Assembly (NCBI GenBank): GCA_029287535.1
Contig: JARFQY010000048.1
Location: forward strand, 7,542-71,541
Direction of reading: 5' to 3'
Source of the DNA: Filomicrobium sp.
GTDB taxonomy: Bacteria; Pseudomonadota; Alphaproteobacteria; Rhizobiales; Hyphomicrobiaceae
Length of the DNA stretch: 64,000 bases
Numbering within the stretch: the first letter of the stretch is position 1; the number at the start of each line of letters is the position of its first letter. The position numbers and the translations under genes are program-made. This document shows, in pieces, positions 60,843 to 64,000 of this stretch. Under the pieces are notes generated by a model. It saw nothing but the letters and a program-made list of their open reading frames with translations, was not told the origin of the DNA and ran no database searches.

Positions 60843-61838
60843 ATGCCCAAGGCGGCGAAAAAATCAGAAAAACAGGCGGCGCAAATGAAGAGCGCCATAC
60901 CGGCGGTGCCCGTGACCGACACGCCTGCCGTCGCGCTGCGGCCGACGCAATCATTCCAGGACATGATCCTTGTGCTGCAGCAGTTCTGGGCGGCTCAGGG
61001 TTGTGTCGTTCTTCAGCCCTACGACATGGAGGTCGGCGCCGGGACGTTTCATCCCGCGACCACACTGCGATCCTTGGGTCCGAAGCCCTGGAACGCTGCT
61101 TATGTGCAGCCGTCGCGCCGCCCCAAGGACGGCCGCTATGGTGAGAACCCCAATCGGTTACAGCACTATTACCAGTTCCAGGTGATCATGAAGCCGTCCC
61201 CGCTGGACATCCTTGATGTTTATCTTCAAAGCCTTGACGCCATCGGCATCGACACCGCCATAAACGACATCCGCTTCGTTGAGGATGACTGGGAGAGCCC
61301 GACACTTGGGGCCTGGGGCCTGGGCTGGGAAGTCTGGTGCAACGGCATGGAGGTGACCCAGTTCACCTATTTCCAGCAGGTTGGCGGATACGACTGCCGG
61401 CCGGTTTCAGGCGAGATCACCTACGGTCTCGAACGTCTCGCCATGTACGTCCAAGGCGTCGACCGGGTCTATGATCTCAACTACAACGGCCGCACGGACG
61501 ACCGAAAGATCACCTACGGCGATGTATTCCTTCAGGCCGAACAGGAATACTCTCGCTTCAACTTCGAACACGCCGACACCGAAATTCTCTTACAGCACTT
61601 CAAGGACGCCGAAGCCGAGTGCAAATCACTGCTGGATAAGGGGACCGGTGGAGACAAACACCTGTTGGCGCTGCCCGCATACGATCAGGCGATCAAGGCC
61701 TCTCACATCTTCAACTTGCTTGATGCCCGCGGCGTCATTTCCGTGACCGAGCGACAAAGCTATATCCTCCGCGTTCGGGAGCTGGCCAAAGCCTGTTGCG
61801 GCGCCTGGCTACAATCCGATGGCGGCGGCGCAGCCTAG
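60843..61838 (+). CDS. glyQ: Glycine--tRNA ligase alpha subunit
   Basis: '[35 protein letters not shown]', '[25 protein letters not shown]', '[15 protein letters not shown]'. The start is ambiguous: 60843 gives a Lys-rich extension of about 35 aa, and ATG 60885 is an alternative. Confidence 0.92.
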   Translation: MPKAAKKSEKQAAQMKSAIPAVPVTDTPAVALRPTQSFQDMILVLQQFWAAQGCVVLQPYDMEVGAGTFHPATTLRSLGPKPWNAAYVQPSRRPKDGRYGENPNRLQHYYQFQVIMKPSPLDILDVYLQSLDAIGIDTAINDIRFVEDDWESPTLGAWGLGWEVWCNGMEVTQFTYFQQVGGYDCRPVSGEITYGLERLAMYVQGVDRVYDLNYNGRTDDRKITYGDVFLQAEQEYSRFNFEHADTEILLQHFKDAEAECKSLLDKGTGGDKHLLALPAYDQAIKASHIFNLLDARGVISVTERQSYILRVRELAKACCGAWLQSDGGGAA

Positions 61839-61989
61839 CCTCGGCGTCCCGCCATCGCGCTGCCCATGCGAGCCACGCAAAACACACCGCTCTCGGATTG
61901 TGCACACTGGAAATACTTATATTTCCGCCCCCAAACCAGGCAAAAAAAGGTGCCCCCAGCAAAGGCCGAACGCTGACGGCCAACTTAAA

Positions 61990-62109
61990 CATTATTGCGA
62001 TCAGAGGGTTAGGAGGAATATCAGCACACACCGTCTTTGTGTCATACCTTTGACGGAACGACGGAGTTATATCCTCCGCGTTCAAGAACCCGCCGGCACC
62101 CAAGGGTGA
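61990..62109 (+). pseudogene. Decayed partial duplicate of the glyQ 3' end
   Basis: Colinear with glyQ 61734-61776 at a +307 nt offset, with an identical 16-mer TATATCCTCCGCGTTC at 61761 and 62068. Translates as 'VIPLTERRSYILRVQEPAGTQG*' versus glyQ '[18 protein letters not shown]'. Confidence 0.6.
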
Positions 62110-62396
62110 TGTCCGGCCAAAACCGATGGAGGTGGTCCGTGAACCATTGGATTGGAATTGCTATCGTCGTCTTGCCGGTGCTGCTCATCGCATCGCTCAT
62201 TCTGAAGCGCCCGGTGTGGTGGTTCCTGGTTGTCCTGATCGCCGTCGGCCTCGGCTATCTGCAATACACAGGCGCCGCCGAGGACGTTGGAAACATGGTG
62301 CTGACGGAGGTCAATAAGATTTACCCGACAGGCTTCGAGCCCGGTCAGACCGGTCTCCAGGGCGATACGACAGCAGCACCGGCCCCCGCCCAGTAA
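62109..62396 (+). CDS. Small two-TM membrane protein between glyQ and glyS (hypothetical)
   Basis: 95 aa from ATG 62109 (TGATG overlap with the stop of the glyQ remnant frame). 'WIGIAIVVLPVLLIASLIL' and 'VWWFLVVLIAVGLGYL'. Confidence 0.45.
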   Translation: MSGQNRWRWSVNHWIGIAIVVLPVLLIASLILKRPVWWFLVVLIAVGLGYLQYTGAAEDVGNMVLTEVNKIYPTGFEPGQTGLQGDTTAAPAPAQ

Positions 62397-62535
62397 TGCG
62401 AGTTGAATGGTGTGGATCAATGGAGCGCGATAGCTGGAGGCGCAATGGTGCGGTCCGTTTCAAACGGACCGCTTCCATCAAGGCCAATCACGCTCTAGAA
62501 CGGAGCTCCTAATAAAGGGAGCGCCACGACCTGCC

Positions 62536-64000
62536 ATGCCCCAACTCCTGCTCGAACTCCTCTCCGAAGAAATCCCTGCCCGCATGCAGTCGCGCGCGGC
62601 ACAAGACTTGTTGCGCCTTGTTGGGAATGGTTTGAAAGCGGGAGGGCTTGAAATCGGTGAGGGGCAGGCATTCGCCACGCCGCGCCGGCTCACCGTCGTT
62701 ATCGAGGACGTGCCGCCGATGTCGCCGGCCATTGCCGAGGAACGCAAGGGCCCCCGCGTCGGTGCACCTGATAAGGCCATCGAGGGCTTTCTGCGCGGCG
62801 CCGGGCTGTCCTCTATCGACCAAGCCGAAGTCGTCTCCGATCCCAAGAAGGGAGACTTCTACGTCGCCCGCATCGATAAGCCCGGGCGTCCGGCTTCCGA
62901 GATCATTGCCGAGATTGTACCGGAAACCGCCGCGAAGTTTCCATGGCCCAAATCCATGCGTTGGGGCTCCGGCAACTTTCAGTGGGTTCGTCCGTTGCAC
63001 TCGGTGCTGTGCCTTTTCGACGGCCAGGTTGTGCCCTTTGAGATCGCCGGTCTGAGCTCTGGCAATGCCACCCGTGGACACCGCTTCCATGGCGGCGAGC
63101 CATTCACCGTCGAGGACTTCGAGGATTACGGGCGCCAACTTCAGGCCGCCAGGGTCCTACTGCCCGCCACCGAACGCGCCGCAATGATAGCTGAAGACGC
63201 CCGCCAGCTCGCCGAAGATGCCGGCCTTGAGCTGGTCGAGGACGAAGCCCTGCTAAACGAGAATGCCGGCCTCACTGAATGGCCGGTCACTCTCATGGGC
63301 ACCTTCGATGAAGACTTCCTCGAGGTCCCGGCCGAGTGCCTTATTACCTCGATGAAGTCGCATCAAAAGTGCTTCTCGCTGCGCGATCCCGAGACCGGCC
63401 AGCTCGCCAACCGCTTCATCCTGGTGTCGAACCTCATTGCCGCTGATGATGGCTTGCAGATCACCGAAGGCAACGAGAAGGTTATTCGCGCACGATTGAG
63501 CGACGCGAAATTCTTCTGGGACCAGGACCTCAAACGCCCCCTCGACGAAATGGCCTCCGACCTTGAGGGTATCACCTTCCACGCCAAACTCGGCACCCAA
63601 AAGGACCGCGTCGAACGCATCGCCGAGCTGGCCTATAAGATCGCCGGCGCTGTCGATGCGGACCCGGAGTCAGCGCGCCGCGCCGCGCAACTGTGCAAGG
63701 CCGATCTCGTCTCGGAAATGGTCGGCGAGTTCCCTGAGTTGCAGGGACTGATGGGCCGCTACTACGCCGAAAGGGGCGGGATCAAACCCGACATCGCCCG
63801 TGCCATCGAGCTGCACTACAAGCCCAAGGGCCCGTCAGACACCGTACCGCTGGAGGAAGAAGGCGACCAGACCGCCCTCGCCGTCGCACTTGCCGACAAG
63901 CTCGACACACTTGTCGGCTTTTGGGCCATCAACGAGAAACCAACGGGCTCCGGCGACCCCTATCAGCTGCGCCGAGCGGCCTTGGGAGTGATCCGCATCG
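62536..64000 (+). CDS. glyS: Glycine--tRNA ligase beta subunit (5' part; continues beyond the window)
   Basis: Not in the ORF track because there is no stop in the window. ATG 62536 gives '[18 protein letters not shown]...'. Later 'WPKSMRWG', 'GHRFHG', '[24 protein letters not shown]'. Open to position 64000. Confidence 0.93.
   Translation, partial: MPQLLLELLSEEIPARMQSRAAQDLLRLVGNGLKAGGLEIGEGQAFATPRRLTVVIEDVPPMSPAIAEERKGPRVGAPDKAIEGFLRGAGLSSIDQAEVVSDPKKGDFYVARIDKPGRPASEIIAEIVPETAAKFPWPKSMRWGSGNFQWVRPLHSVLCLFDGQVVPFEIAGLSSGNATRGHRFHGGEPFTVEDFEDYGRQLQAARVLLPATERAAMIAEDARQLAEDAGLELVEDEALLNENAGLTEWPVTLMGTFDEDFLEVPAECLITSMKSHQKCFSLRDPETGQLANRFILVSNLIAADDGLQITEGNEKVIRARLSDAKFFWDQDLKRPLDEMASDLEGITFHAKLGTQKDRVERIAELAYKIAGAVDADPESARRAAQLCKADLVSEMVGEFPELQGLMGRYYAERGGIKPDIARAIELHYKPKGPSDTVPLEEEGDQTALAVALADKLDTLVGFWAINEKPTGSGDPYQLRRAALGVIRI

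Noticed and set aside
62411-62419. TGTGGATCA, a DnaA-box-like 9-mer, upstream of glyS.
   Set aside because: It is a single site. A 9-mer with one allowed mismatch is expected by chance in 64 kb, and there is no origin-like context.

Overview
This is a high-GC, densely coding chromosomal segment with about 65 CDS. Gene content points to an alphaproteobacterium (Hyphomicrobiales/Rhizobiales-like): ccrM with a CtrA box, hdaA, split glyQ/glyS and the TPR-ispE/ispB arrangement. Almost everything is housekeeping. In order, the window holds: aspS and rnd; a 7-gene MoxR/DUF58/DUF4381/VWA/VWA/TPR/BatD 'Bat-type' operon; a sulfatase, gshB and YeeE; ppx, a J-domain protein and ppk1; hdaA, a CDP-alcohol phosphatidyltransferase and purMN; an orphan P450 and ndk; a small patch of poorly characterised genes (GYF-domain membrane protein, wHTH protein, GGCT, YHS protein, permuted-papain/C92-like protein); ccrM; a 10-gene Mrp-type cluster; rnhB; a radical SAM protein; a GT2/Tat-MBL/DUF2064 trio; moaB; a family-4 UDG; ETF-QO; TPR-ispE; ispB; an SppA-like peptidase; and glyQ followed by glyS, which runs off the 3' end. 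By eye I found no tRNA, rRNA, CRISPR array, transposase, integrase or recognisable defence genes. I do not see a convincing brand-new multi-gene system. The best candidates for a second look are: (1) the translationally coupled Mrp cluster in Mbh/Mbx-like order (E-F-G-A'-B-C-D-D-x-D), which has three antiporter-like subunits, an unannotated His-rich 93-aa subunit and no catalytic module; (2) an imperfect ~307-bp duplication of the glyQ 3' end, which leaves a decayed glyQ fragment whose stop overlaps (TGATG) a small membrane-protein ORF; (3) a cytoplasmic 462-aa permuted-papain-like protein; and (4) a small exported Gly-zipper/Cys-Tyr-Arg-rich protein next to ccrM. All family assignments come from motifs read in the translations. 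No HMM or BLAST search could be run.
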